Below are positions 18,948 to 27,935 of a DNA stretch of 64,000 nucleotides, piece after piece; within the stretch, counting starts at the first letter, position 1; each line of letters starts with the position of its first letter. The stretch is from an uncultured Acidobacteriota bacterium. GTDB taxonomy: Bacteria; Acidobacteriota; Vicinamibacteria; Vicinamibacterales; CAVVIG01. The position numbers were made by a program, and so were the translations under genes. The notes beneath the pieces are model-generated. The model was not told the origin of the DNA, searched no databases, and saw only the letters and a program-made list of their open reading frames with translations. Where the stretch lies: assembly GCA_963789965.1 (NCBI GenBank), contig CAWBMO010000007.1, forward strand, positions 69,661 to 133,660, given 5' to 3'.

Positions 18948-18975
18948 GAGTCTGATAATGGATGTTATGTTAACT
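18948..18975 (+). other. dif: Candidate dif site (XerC/XerD chromosome dimer resolution site)
   Basis: GAGTCTGATAA-TGGATG-TTATGTTAACT. The right arm matches the E. coli dif XerD arm TTATGTTAAAT at 10/11 positions. The inner left arm has ATAA. 6-bp spacer. Lies in an AT-rich island in non-coding DNA, at a + to - gene-orientation switch. Confidence 0.6.
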
Positions 18976-19199
18976 ACAGCGCCTAACGCCCGGCCTCCCC
19001 GAGCGTCGCCTCGTGTCAATCGAGCGCCGTTTCCTCTTGGCTGATTGTGTCCGGGCCGGTTTACGCGGAGCCTTGATCCCCGGTGCGCTGCTGGCTCCTT
19101 CGTACCTGCCCCTGTTGCTTGTTCACGTCGGTCGGACCGTTCGAACCCAAGCGCGACCCAAGACCGGGACCTACCAGCGCTTTCACAATGCCGTAGTAC

Positions 19200-19255
19200 G
19201 TAGTGTCCGGCTTTAGCCGGACCTGTAGGCGGTCCGCCTGAAGGCAGACACTACC
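19200..19255. repeat. REP-like double hairpin (K type), second copy
   Basis: GTAGTGTCCGGCTTTAGCCGGACC-TGTAGGC-GGTCCGCCTGAAGGCAGACACTAC. The two modules are mutually complementary. Confidence 0.8.
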
Positions 19256-19282
19256 GGCATTGCGAAAACACTCTAGAGAGCA

Positions 19283-19460
19283 GTTTTCAGTTCGGCGTAG
19301 CCGTCAAGTCCTTGGTCCTTTGTCCCTGCGTTCTTGGTCCGTCCGTGGCCCGTGGTCCTTGGTGCGCATGCCACGATGGACCACGAACGAGGGACCCAGG
19401 ACGGACCATGGACCAAGCACCATGGACCAGGGACTGGCGTACGACACGGAACCGAAAAAC
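19283..19460. repeat. Tandem-heptamer palindrome, family A, with extended outer stem
   Basis: Core is 19308-19435 (GTCCTTGGTCC... / ...GGACCAGGGAC). The flanks GTTTTCAGTTCGGCGTAGCCGTCAA and TGGCGTACGACACGGAACCGAAAAAC also pair. Confidence 0.8.
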
Positions 19461-19696
19461 GCTCTAGCGGAGCTTCGTTGCAGAGCCCTTCGTTGCGGAG
19501 TTCTTTGGTCGGAGAATGGTTTCGGAGGCCGAAGTTCGGAGTCGCTGGTCGGTTGCCTGGTCCCTGAACGGGTTCGCTGCCTCGAACTTCACTGGCCGCA
19601 GACACCCTCAACCGGCGCGGCCATTCCCGCCACTCTGTTCTCGCGGTCCCACCATCACGGCTGGGTTCAGGTACTCACCAGTCTGTCCGCCGCCTT

Positions 19697-19915
19697 TTAG
19701 ACAGACGAGGTCGGCGGAGGCGCCAGCCGACTGAACACGACCAGCAGCGCCCCGACGCCGAGCCAGACGAGTCCCTGGGCGGTACCCGGCGGGCGGCCCG
19801 GATCCACCATCGCCAGCCCCATCGTCGCAGAACCGAGCAGCAGGAGGCCGACCCCGGCGACCAGCAATGTCTGTTTCATCGCGGCCTTCAGCGCCTGAAC
19901 GACATCGTCCGTCAT
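19697..19915 (-). CDS. Small membrane protein (2 predicted TM helices), unknown function
   Basis: 72 aa from ATG 19915 (GAGG upstream). Hydrophobic LLVAGVGLLLLGSATMGLAMV and LVWLGVGALLVVF. The upstream part of ORF 19697..20110 is translated repeat. Confidence 0.35.
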   Translation of the reverse strand: MTDDVVQALKAAMKQTLLVAGVGLLLLGSATMGLAMVDPGRPPGTAQGLVWLGVGALLVVFSRLAPPPTSSV

Positions 19916-19984
19916 CGTGATCGCCTCGCCGGCGCCACTGGCGGCTGTCCAGGATTGGCGCGCCGGTGTCGAATGTTGACGCGC

Positions 19985-20147
19985 ACTAGTGTCGCGTCTC
20001 CGAAGTTCGTTGTCGCACCGAGGGCGGCGAGGCGCCCGGCTGGCCAGGCGCGAGGAGCTCGCATATCGAGAATATGCGAGCGACGAGCAACGCCGCCAGC
20101 CGGGATGCATCGCCGGCCGAATGCAAACGAACTTCGGAGACGCGACA

Positions 20148-20152
<5 letters not shown>
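19985..20152. repeat. MITE-like element: perfect 27-bp terminal inverted repeats around a 114-bp core
   Basis: ACTAGTGTCGCGTCTCCGAAGTTCGTT (19985-20011) is the exact reverse complement of 20126-20152. There is an inner 10-bp palindrome GCTCGCATAT..ATATGCGAGC (20057-20081). The right TIR covers the parB stop. Confidence 0.8.
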
Positions 20153-20961
<809 letters not shown>

Positions 20962-20969
<8 letters not shown>

Positions 20970-21717
20970 GGTCGATTACCTCCTCGCACAGGCTGTCGTA
21001 CTCGGTCGCGCCGGTCGAATCGGGCGCAAACGTGAAAATGGATTCCTTGTAGGCCGGGCTCTCTTCAAGCCGCACGCTCTTCGTGATCACGGTCTTGAAG
21101 ACCTTCCCGCCGAACACCTTCTGGATCTGCGTCCGGATATCCCGCGCGAGCGCGGTCCGCTTGTCGTGCATCGTGATGACGACGCCGAGGATCCGCAGCG
21201 CCGGGTTGGGCCGCGCGCGCACCTTTTCGATGGTTTCGAGCAGGTCGTCGGTCCCTTCGAGCGCGAAATACGACGACTGGATCGGAATCAGCAGGTGTGT
21301 CGCGGCCACCAGCGCGTTGACCGTCAGCAGCCCCAACGTCGGCGGGCAGTCGATGACAATGTGCGGGTACTCTCGCCGAATCGGCTCGAGCTTGTCCTTC
21401 AGGCGGAAATGGGCATCCATCTCCCCCACCAGTTTGGCCTCCATCTTGGCGAGCGCGATCCGCGACGGCGCAATAAACAGATTCGGCACCGGCGTCGGCA
21501 TGATGACGTCCTTCATGGCGATGACCGGGTCGACGATGGCATCGTAGACGCTCTTGGTGACCTGCGGCATGTCGAGAAACGACATCGTGCTGTTGGACTG
21601 CGGATCGAGATCGAGAAGCAGCGTCCGTTTGCCGCGCAGCGCAAGGGCGGCGGCCAGATTGATCGCGGTCGTGGTCTTACCCACGCCGCCTTTCTGGTTG
21701 GCGATGGCGACGATCAT
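20962..21717 (-). CDS. parA: ParA-family partition ATPase
   Basis: Deviant Walker A (IAIANQKGGVGKTTTAINLA) begins right after ATG 21717. The 91 upstream codons of ORF ..21990 are translated repeat B2. 8-nt overlap with parB. Confidence 0.9.
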
Positions 21718-21762
21718 CAGTGGGGGCGGACGGGGAATTGTAACAGGAAAGAGTACGGCGAA

Positions 21763-21882
21763 GAATCGGGTAATCGAGCCATCGCGTAATTGGGTAATTG
21801 CCCCGATGTCGGAAACTGCCCAGCTACCCTGGGACCCGACTACCCAATTGCCCGATGACCCGATGACCCGATGACTCGATTC
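21763..21882. repeat. Tandem-octamer palindrome, family B (imperfect)
   Basis: GAATCGGGTAATCGAGCC..GTAATTGGGTAATTG pairs with CAATTGCCCGATGACCCGATGACCCGATGACTCGATTC. Lies between the nuclease gene and parA. Confidence 0.7.
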
Positions 21883-21886
21883 ATCG

Positions 21887-22372
21887 TCACATCTTGTACT
21901 TGCCGAGATCGTCCGGATCGAGGCTCTCGAGCCACCGATGGAGGCGGTCCGGGTCCGCTTTTTCCGTCGAGAAATCGACCGGCTTGGCATTGTCGATCAC
22001 CACGTCCTCGACGAAAATCGGCGCCCGGGCGCGCAGGGCTAGCGCAATGGCGTCGCTCGGGCGGGCATCAATCGCCACCGTATCGCCGTTCAGCTTGAGG
22101 TAAATCAGCGCGTAGAACGTGTTTTCCTGGAGGTCGCACACGACGATCTTCTGCACCGACGCCTTGAGATCCTGGATGACGTTCCTGAGCAGATCGTGCG
22201 TCATGGGTCGCGGCGTCGAGATGTTCTCGATCTGGAGCGCGATGGCGTTGGCTTCGAAAATCCCGACCCAGATGGGCAGCACTTTCTGCCCATCCTTGTC
22301 GCGAAGGATGACAATCGGCACGTTCGTGACCGGATCGACCATCAGGCCCTTGATCGTCATTTCGATCTGCAT
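21887..22372 (-). CDS. Bifunctional nuclease (BFN/DUF151) domain protein
   Basis: 161 aa from ATG 22372. VPIVILRD..VLPIWVGIFEANAI..RPMTHDL pattern. The upstream 282 codons of the ORF are antisense to miaB. Confidence 0.8.
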   Translation of the reverse strand: MQIEMTIKGLMVDPVTNVPIVILRDKDGQKVLPIWVGIFEANAIALQIENISTPRPMTHDLLRNVIQDLKASVQKIVVCDLQENTFYALIYLKLNGDTVAIDARPSDAIALALRARAPIFVEDVVIDNAKPVDFSTEKADPDRLHRWLESLDPDDLGKYKM

Positions 22373-23697
22373 GGCTGCCCCCACACGCTGTGCGGCCCGG
22401 CGCGCTCGATACGCACCGAGACGGTCTGACCGATCCACTCCGCCGATCCAGGCAGGTTCACGACGACGTTCGTGCTCGTCCGGCCTGAGAGCTCCGTGGC
22501 CCGGCGGCGGCTCGCGGCATCGACCAGCACCGCCACCTCCTGCCCCACCATCCGCTCGTGCAGCGAGGTCTGAATGTCCCGCTGCAACGCCTGCAGTACC
22601 ATGATACGCCTGGTCTTGACCTCCTCCCGGACATCGTCGGCGAGGCGTTTCATGGCCAGCGTATTCGGACGCTCGGAGTACTTGAACGAGAACATGCTGT
22701 GGTAGCCGACCGCGGCCGTCAACGACAGCGTGTCCTCGAAGTCTGCCTCGGATTCTCCAGGGAACCCGACGATCATATCGGTTGAAAGCGCCACTTCCGG
22801 CAGCCGCTCCCGAATAGACATCACCAGACTCAGGTAGCTCTCGCGCGAATACCGGCGGCGCATCGCGTCCAGGATCCGCGTCGAGCCGGACTGCACCGGC
22901 AGATGCAGGTGTCGGCAGATTTTGGGGAGCCGCACCATGGCGTCCAGCAGCTCCGGCGTCACATGGCGGGGGTGCGGGCTGGCGAACCGGATCCGCTCGA
23001 TCCCGTCGATCGCGTGAATCTCGTCGAGGAGCCGGGCGAAATCGCACGAGGCGTCGTCCGGCGCGGCATAGTGGTTGACGATTTGCCCCAGCAGCTGCAC
23101 CTCGCGGTGCCCGGTGGCCGCCGCTTCCCGGACTTCGGCCAGGATGTCGGCTTTGGGCCGCATCCGTTCGTGGCCGCGCGTGTAGGGTACGACGCAGAAG
23201 CTGCAGAACTCGTTGCACCCTTCGATGATCGTCACGTACGCCTTGACGGGATCGCCGCGCCGCGTCACGCCGAGCGGAAATGTGACGTCCTCATAGGGAT
23301 CGAGGTCGATGAGTCCTGTTCCCTTCTTCGCCGCCCCGCCAGCCTGCTCCACAAGCATCGGCAGCCGGCGCAGGGCCTGCGTCCCAATCACCACGTCGAC
23401 GACGCCCGGCGCGCGTCTGAAGATCGTCTCGCCCTCCTGCTGCGCCACGCAGCCGGCGACGGCCACGATGCGATGGTGCCCCTGTTCGGCAGCGAGCTGA
23501 CGCAGCTCACCGAGCCGCGTGTAGAGCTTCTCCTCGGCCCGCTCCCGGACGCTGCAGGTGTTGATCACGACGAGGTCGGCATCGGCGGCGTCCCCGACGG
23601 CTTCGAAGCCGGCCTGTTCGAGGAGCCCCGCCATCCGCTCCGAGTCGTGGACGTTCATCTGGCAGCCGAATGTTTCGATCAGGTATGTGCGCGCCAT
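22357..23697 (-). CDS. miaB: tRNA-2-methylthio-N6-dimethylallyladenosine synthase
   Basis: 446 aa. ETFGCQMN N-terminus, radical-SAM CxxxCxxC (CNEFCSFC), TRAM C-terminus. Confidence 0.9.
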   Translation of the reverse strand: MARTYLIETFGCQMNVHDSERMAGLLEQAGFEAVGDAADADLVVINTCSVRERAEEKLYTRLGELRQLAAEQGHHRIVAVAGCVAQQEGETIFRRAPGVVDVVIGTQALRRLPMLVEQAGGAAKKGTGLIDLDPYEDVTFPLGVTRRGDPVKAYVTIIEGCNEFCSFCVVPYTRGHERMRPKADILAEVREAAATGHREVQLLGQIVNHYAAPDDASCDFARLLDEIHAIDGIERIRFASPHPRHVTPELLDAMVRLPKICRHLHLPVQSGSTRILDAMRRRYSRESYLSLVMSIRERLPEVALSTDMIVGFPGESEADFEDTLSLTAAVGYHSMFSFKYSERPNTLAMKRLADDVREEVKTRRIMVLQALQRDIQTSLHERMVGQEVAVLVDAASRRRATELSGRTSTNVVVNLPGSAEWIGQTVSVRIERAGPHSVWGQPCRSK

Positions 23698-23729
23698 CTG
23701 TTATCTGCCAACTTTGCTTCACTGGCGCT

Positions 23730-23870
23730 GAGGCCCCACCCCGGGCCCCACGCGCGGCAGCCGCGCGTGGGAGCCCGCCCCCAGCGCGAACTTACTTACG
23801 CCGACGTCTCGCCGCGGCTTCGCACGCCACCCCAGCGCGGCTGCCGCGCCGGGGGCCCCGGCATGGCCAC
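23730..23870. repeat. Pair of GC-rich REP-like hairpins in inverted orientation
   Basis: CCCACGCGCGG-CAG-CCGCGCGTGGG (23747-23771), and an inverted, slightly degenerate copy near 23831-23855. recN-miaB spacer. Confidence 0.65.
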
Positions 23871-23900
23871 GGCTCGACGTGGCCGCAGGCGCTCTGCCCT

Positions 23901-25730
23901 CTAAGGCGTCCGTGTCCTCGGTTTTCGGACTTTCGGTGCGGTGCCCTCCGTGGTGGGGTTTTTTGGACTTTCGCCTTTCGCCCTTTCGCTTTCGCCCCCG
24001 GCCCCAGCTCCCCTAAGCATCTCACGAGCCGAGGCTCGCAGGCCCTCGGTAATCGCCGACCCACCCAACATCCGCGCGATCTCGTCAACGCGAGCGTCAG
24101 GGTCGAGCCGTCGAACGGTCGTCGAGGTGCGCGTGGAGTCGACGCGCTTGTCGAGTTGGAAGTGCGTGTCGGCGCGGACGGCAATCTGAGGCAAGTGCGT
24201 GATGCACAGCACTTGAAACGCTGAGCCGAGCGCCTGGAGGTTCCTGCCGACCACGTCGGCGACGCGCCCGCCGATGCCGGCGTCCACCTCGTCGAAGATC
24301 AGTCCGGGCGCGCCCGCTCCACGTGGGCGGGATCCGGCAAGATCCGGCCGGCTTTCAAGCCGCGTCCCGAATGTCAGCGTCTTGATGGCCAGCATGATCC
24401 GCGACAGCTCGCCGCCAGAGACGATGCGGGCGAGCGGCCGCAAATCCTCGCCGGGGTTCGGCGAAACAAAGAATTCCGCCGCGTCGATCCCCTCCGAAGT
24501 CCACGCGGATTCCCCGGGAACCGCGTCCACCGCGCCCGCGAATCGCACCTCGAACCGCGTGCGCTCCATCGCCAGCTCCGCAAGCAGACGTTCGAGCTCG
24601 CGCGCGAAGCGGCCTGCGACCTGACGCCGGGCCGTCCCAAGGGCGCCGGCAGCGGCGAGGTATTGTTCCCGCGCTGCGGCGTGCTCGCGCTCCAGTTGCG
24701 CCACCCGGTCGTCGCCCTGCTGCAGTTCGTCCAGCTCAATCCGAAGCGCCTCGCGCCGCGCGATGACCTCGTCAAGCGACGGGCCGTACTTGCGTTTCAG
24801 GCGATCGAGCAGGGCCAGCCGCTCCTCGACCTTCTGGAGATGCGCAGGCGACGCTTCGATCCCGTCGGCGTATCGCCGCAGAAAGAGCGCAAGGTCTTCG
24901 AGCTGTGCCTTGATGCCGTCGCGCGCGTCCACGTAGGGCCGGAACTTCGGATCGAGCGCCGCCAGCTCCGACACGCGCCGCCAGACCTGTCCGAGACCCG
25001 CCAGAATGGCGCCGTCGCTCTCGTAGAGCGACGCGTAGCTTTCCTCGCAGAGCCGTTCGACGCGCTCCGCGCTGGCGAGGACCTGCCGGAGCGCCATCAA
25101 CTCCTCATCCTCTCCGAGCTCTGCCAAACCTGGGCTTTTTTCAACTGGCCGCAGGCGCTCCCCTCCAGCCCTCAATTTCGCAGCATCGAGCTCATTCAAC
25201 TGGAACGTCAGGAGATCCAGCCGCGCATCGCGGTCGGCGATAGCGCTTCGAAGACGCGACAGAGTATCCGCCGACCGACGCAATATTTCGAACGCCGCGC
25301 GGACAGGGGCGAGGAGCGGCTCAAGCTGCCCGAACGTGTCGAGCACGCCCAAGTGCGTCGAAGGATCCAGCAGCGTCTGGTGTTCATGCTGGCCATGGAT
25401 CTCGATCAGGTGGGCCGCGAGATCTTTCAAGCCGCCGGCCGTCGCGAGCGAACCGTTGATGAACGCGCGGCTTCGCCCTTGCGCCGTAATCTCCCGCCGC
25501 ACAAGGACTTCCGTGTCTCCGCTCTCGAAGATGGCTTCGATGCTGGCCATCTCCTCGCCGGTCCTGACGAGGTCGCCGGACGCGCGACCGCCGAGCAGCA
25601 ACCCGACGGCCTCCACGAGAATGGACTTACCCGCGCCGGTTTCGCCGGTCAGGACGTTCAGGCCGGCGTCGAATTCGACCTCGACCGAATCGATAACAGC
25701 CAGGTGGGTGACGCGCAGGAAACGCAGCAT
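23901..25730 (-). CDS. recN: DNA repair protein RecN
   Basis: 609 aa. Walker A (LTGETGAGKSILVEA), long coiled coils, C-terminal SGGELSRIMLA signature. The last ~35 aa are encoded by repeat sequence. Confidence 0.9.
   Translation of the reverse strand: MLRFLRVTHLAVIDSVEVEFDAGLNVLTGETGAGKSILVEAVGLLLGGRASGDLVRTGEEMASIEAIFESGDTEVLVRREITAQGRSRAFINGSLATAGGLKDLAAHLIEIHGQHEHQTLLDPSTHLGVLDTFGQLEPLLAPVRAAFEILRRSADTLSRLRSAIADRDARLDLLTFQLNELDAAKLRAGGERLRPVEKSPGLAELGEDEELMALRQVLASAERVERLCEESYASLYESDGAILAGLGQVWRRVSELAALDPKFRPYVDARDGIKAQLEDLALFLRRYADGIEASPAHLQKVEERLALLDRLKRKYGPSLDEVIARREALRIELDELQQGDDRVAQLEREHAAAREQYLAAAGALGTARRQVAGRFARELERLLAELAMERTRFEVRFAGAVDAVPGESAWTSEGIDAAEFFVSPNPGEDLRPLARIVSGGELSRIMLAIKTLTFGTRLESRPDLAGSRPRGAGAPGLIFDEVDAGIGGRVADVVGRNLQALGSAFQVLCITHLPQIAVRADTHFQLDKRVDSTRTSTTVRRLDPDARVDEIARMLGGSAITEGLRASAREMLRGAGAGGESERAKGESPKNPTTEGTAPKVRKPRTRTP
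23905..23996. repeat. F-type half element plus (CTTTCGC)4 heptamers inside the 3' end of recN
   Basis: CCGTGTCCTCGGTTT..GTGCCCTCCGTGGTGG resembles the right arm at 39422-39470. CTTTCGCCTTTCGCCCTTTCGCTTTCGCC encodes the GESERAKGES tail of RecN. Confidence 0.55.
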
Positions 25731-25763
25731 CTAAAGAGAGAGAACTCCAATCCTAACATAGGT

Positions 25764-25792
25764 TTGACAGCAGTTTTGACGCATGCTACAGT
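25764..25792 (+). promoter_or_regulatory. Candidate sigma-70 promoter for tolQ operon
   Basis: TTGACA, then a 17 nt spacer, then TACAGT, about 75 nt upstream of the proposed tolQ start. Lies in the recN/tolQ divergent region. Confidence 0.35.
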
Positions 25793-25868
25793 CAGCGTGA
25801 CTATCCGGAGCCCCCATCCCGGAGTCGCGCTGTCCCAGCGGCGCAACAGCTATGTCGCGGAGGGCCGT

Positions 25869-26633
25869 TTGCGCACGCTTGGAAGTCCGTTCTTTGCCCT
25901 GCAGCTTCAGGGTCAGGACGGAGTCGTTTCTGGGAACTCCGGATCGCAGATTCTCGACCTGCTCTCTCATACCACCTACGTTTCCCGGGTCGTCCTGCTC
26001 ATTCTCGCGCTTTTCTCCATCGCCTCGTGGGCGGTGATTCTCTACAAGCTGTGGACCTTCAAGCGCGTCGAGCGTCAGACGGCCCAGTTTGTCGACGTAT
26101 TCCGTCAGAGCAATAAGTTTTCCGAGGTCCAGGCCGTGTGCGGATCGCTCGGCGCGAGCCCGCTCGTCGGGCTGTTTCAATCCGGGTATGCGGAGCTCAC
26201 TGCACAGCTGCGCGCGCATTCCCCGGTGGACGCCCGCAATCCGCCAGCCGCTGCCGGTCGTCCTATCCTCAAGAGTCTGACCGCGGTCGATCGTGCGCTC
26301 ATGCGGGCGGCCGGTGTCGAAGTCAACAAGCTCGAGCGGCGGCTCCCCCTGCTCGCCACCACGGCGAGCGTGGCGCCGTTCATCGGGTTGTTCGGAACGG
26401 TCTGGGGAATCATGACGGCGTTTCTGAGCATCGGACAGACAGGTTCAACCAGCCTTGGCGTGGTCGGCACTCCCATTGCAGAGGCGCTGATCGCGACGGC
26501 GTTCGGACTGGCAGCGGCCATCCCGGCGCTGGTGGCGTACAACCACCTGTCGAACCGCGTGAGGTTGTTTGCGTCGGAGATGGACGACTTCTCGATGGAG
26601 TTCCTCAACCTCGCGGAACGAAATTTCACCTGA
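25869..26633 (+). CDS. tolQ: Tol-Pal system protein TolQ (MotA/TolQ/ExbB channel)
   Basis: Last 254 aa of ORF 24663..26633 (the upstream part is antisense to recN). TTG 25869 is preceded by GGAGGG. Motifs: SWAVILYK, PFIGLFGTVWGIM, AIPALVAYN. Confidence 0.8.
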   Translation: MRTLGSPFFALQLQGQDGVVSGNSGSQILDLLSHTTYVSRVVLLILALFSIASWAVILYKLWTFKRVERQTAQFVDVFRQSNKFSEVQAVCGSLGASPLVGLFQSGYAELTAQLRAHSPVDARNPPAAAGRPILKSLTAVDRALMRAAGVEVNKLERRLPLLATTASVAPFIGLFGTVWGIMTAFLSIGQTGSTSLGVVGTPIAEALIATAFGLAAAIPALVAYNHLSNRVRLFASEMDDFSMEFLNLAERNFT

Positions 26634-27094
26634 TGCCTAAAGTTCACGTCGCAGCCGGAAACGGATCGGGACGCGCAGGACGCGGCCCTCGGGTCGGCAG
26701 TTCACTTGCCGAGATCAACGTCGTGCCGCTGGTCGACGTGATGCTGGTGCTCCTCATCATCTTCATGGTGACCGCGCCGCTGCTTCAGCGCGGCGTCGAC
26801 GTCAACCTGCCGACGGCGGTGCGTGCGACCGCCATCCAGGGCGAGCGCGTGTTTATCAACGTGCCGGCAACGTACCGGCAGGATCGTCGCGTCTACCTGG
26901 GTGATGAACCGGTTCGCCTCGAGATTCTTCATGAACGGATCCGCCAGAAGATGGAGAATCAGAGTGACAAGCAGGTCTATCTGCGTGTCGACGGAAGCCT
27001 GCAGATTCAGGATCAGATGGACGTGTTCGATCGAATCCTCGCAGCCGGCATCAGCAAGGTCGGCATCGTCACCAAACTGCCAGGGGAGAAATAA
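26633..27094 (+). CDS. tolR: Tol-Pal system protein TolR (ExbD/TolR)
   Basis: 153 aa. LAEINVVPLVDVMLVLLIIFM motif. The ATG overlaps the tolQ stop (TGATG). Confidence 0.8.
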   Translation: MPKVHVAAGNGSGRAGRGPRVGSSLAEINVVPLVDVMLVLLIIFMVTAPLLQRGVDVNLPTAVRATAIQGERVFINVPATYRQDRRVYLGDEPVRLEILHERIRQKMENQSDKQVYLRVDGSLQIQDQMDVFDRILAAGISKVGIVTKLPGEK

Positions 27095-27876
27095 TGGACG
27101 TCAGTGACGTCCTTCGCGATCGAATGGATGAGCCTGCCGGGCTTCAATACATGGCCGTGGCGTCGGTCGCCGCGCACGTCGTGTTGTTTGCAGCCTTCAT
27201 GCTCGCCCCTGGAGCGTGGCTGATGTCGCAAAACGCGGAGCCGGCCAGCGTGATGACGATCACGCTCGGGGGCGGGGGGGATGGCCCGCAGAACGGCGGC
27301 CTCACCGCGATGGGCGGGCGACCGGTCCAGTCCGAGACGCCAGCGAACGCCCCGAGGGAAGCCGTCCGGCCACCGGCGGCCGCGCCCCCCGAGATGACTG
27401 TGCCCGCGCCAGGAGCGAAGCCCGCGAGGGCCTCGTCGGCCGCGGTCAAGCAGGCGCCCGCCGAGGCGCGAGGTCGGACCCCGACGCGTGGGGCGCAAAC
27501 CGAGGCCGGGAGCGCCGTGGCTGTAACCGGTGCGCGCGGGCAGGGGTTTGGACTGTCCACGGGCGGCGGGCCCGGCGTCGCCGGCACCCTCGATGTCGGC
27601 GATTTCTGTTGTCCGGAGTATCTGACGACGATGGTGGCACGCATCAGGGCAAACTGGCGCGAGAATCAGAACGTCTCGGGGCTTACCACCATCAAGTTCA
27701 CCATTCAACGCGACGGGACGCTGGAGGACATCATGCTCGAGCAGTCGAGCGGCTTTCCCATTGCCGATCTGGCCGCTCAGCGCGCGGTCATTCTGACGAA
27801 ACAGCTGCCGGCGCTGCCTGAAGCCTTCCCCAACCCGACGCTCCCGGTCCATCTCAATTTTCAGTACATACGGTGA
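27094..27876 (+). CDS. tolA: TolA/TonB-like energy transducer (TonB C-terminal domain)
   Basis: 260 aa. TM anchor, Pro/Ala-rich spacer, C-terminal TonB_C-like domain. Position between tolR and tolB. Confidence 0.65.
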   Translation: MDVSDVLRDRMDEPAGLQYMAVASVAAHVVLFAAFMLAPGAWLMSQNAEPASVMTITLGGGGDGPQNGGLTAMGGRPVQSETPANAPREAVRPPAAAPPEMTVPAPGAKPARASSAAVKQAPAEARGRTPTRGAQTEAGSAVAVTGARGQGFGLSTGGGPGVAGTLDVGDFCCPEYLTTMVARIRANWRENQNVSGLTTIKFTIQRDGTLEDIMLEQSSGFPIADLAAQRAVILTKQLPALPEAFPNPTLPVHLNFQYIR

Positions 27877-27935
27877 CCCTTGTGGCTACAGTCGTGAGAG
27901 TCGATAAATCGTGAGGGTCGCTAAAGTGGTTAAAC

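Noticed and set aside
18884-19200. Possible tmRNA, RNase P RNA, SRP RNA or tRNA in the non-coding gap (a T-loop-like GTTCGAAC lies near 19139; GAGGAAAC lies on the minus strand)
   Set aside because: There is no acceptor stem or CCA context, no complementary T-stem, no tag-peptide frame ending in a typical ..AA-stop, no GAGGAAAGTCC (RNase P) motif and no GGAA-tetraloop SRP domain IV. I cannot exclude a novel sRNA.
19013-19216. 67-aa ORF as a real gene
   Set aside because: It has a GTG start without an RBS and no recognisable features. Its 3' end is the translated K-type REP (..VVRSVRL).
21718-21990. Long N-terminal extensions of ParA (91 aa), DnaE (56 aa, 48612-48779), GuaA (26 aa, 50374-50451), the nuclease (282 aa, 22373-23218) and RimI (15 aa)
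   Set aside because: The extensions translate repeat arms or antisense DNA. The conserved N-terminal motifs begin exactly at internal ATG or GTG codons.
24663-25868. N-terminal 400 aa of the 656-aa ORF 24663..26633
   Set aside because: This part is antisense to recN and has no similarity to anything recognisable. Only the last 254 aa form TolQ, starting at TTG 25869 with a GGAGGG upstream.
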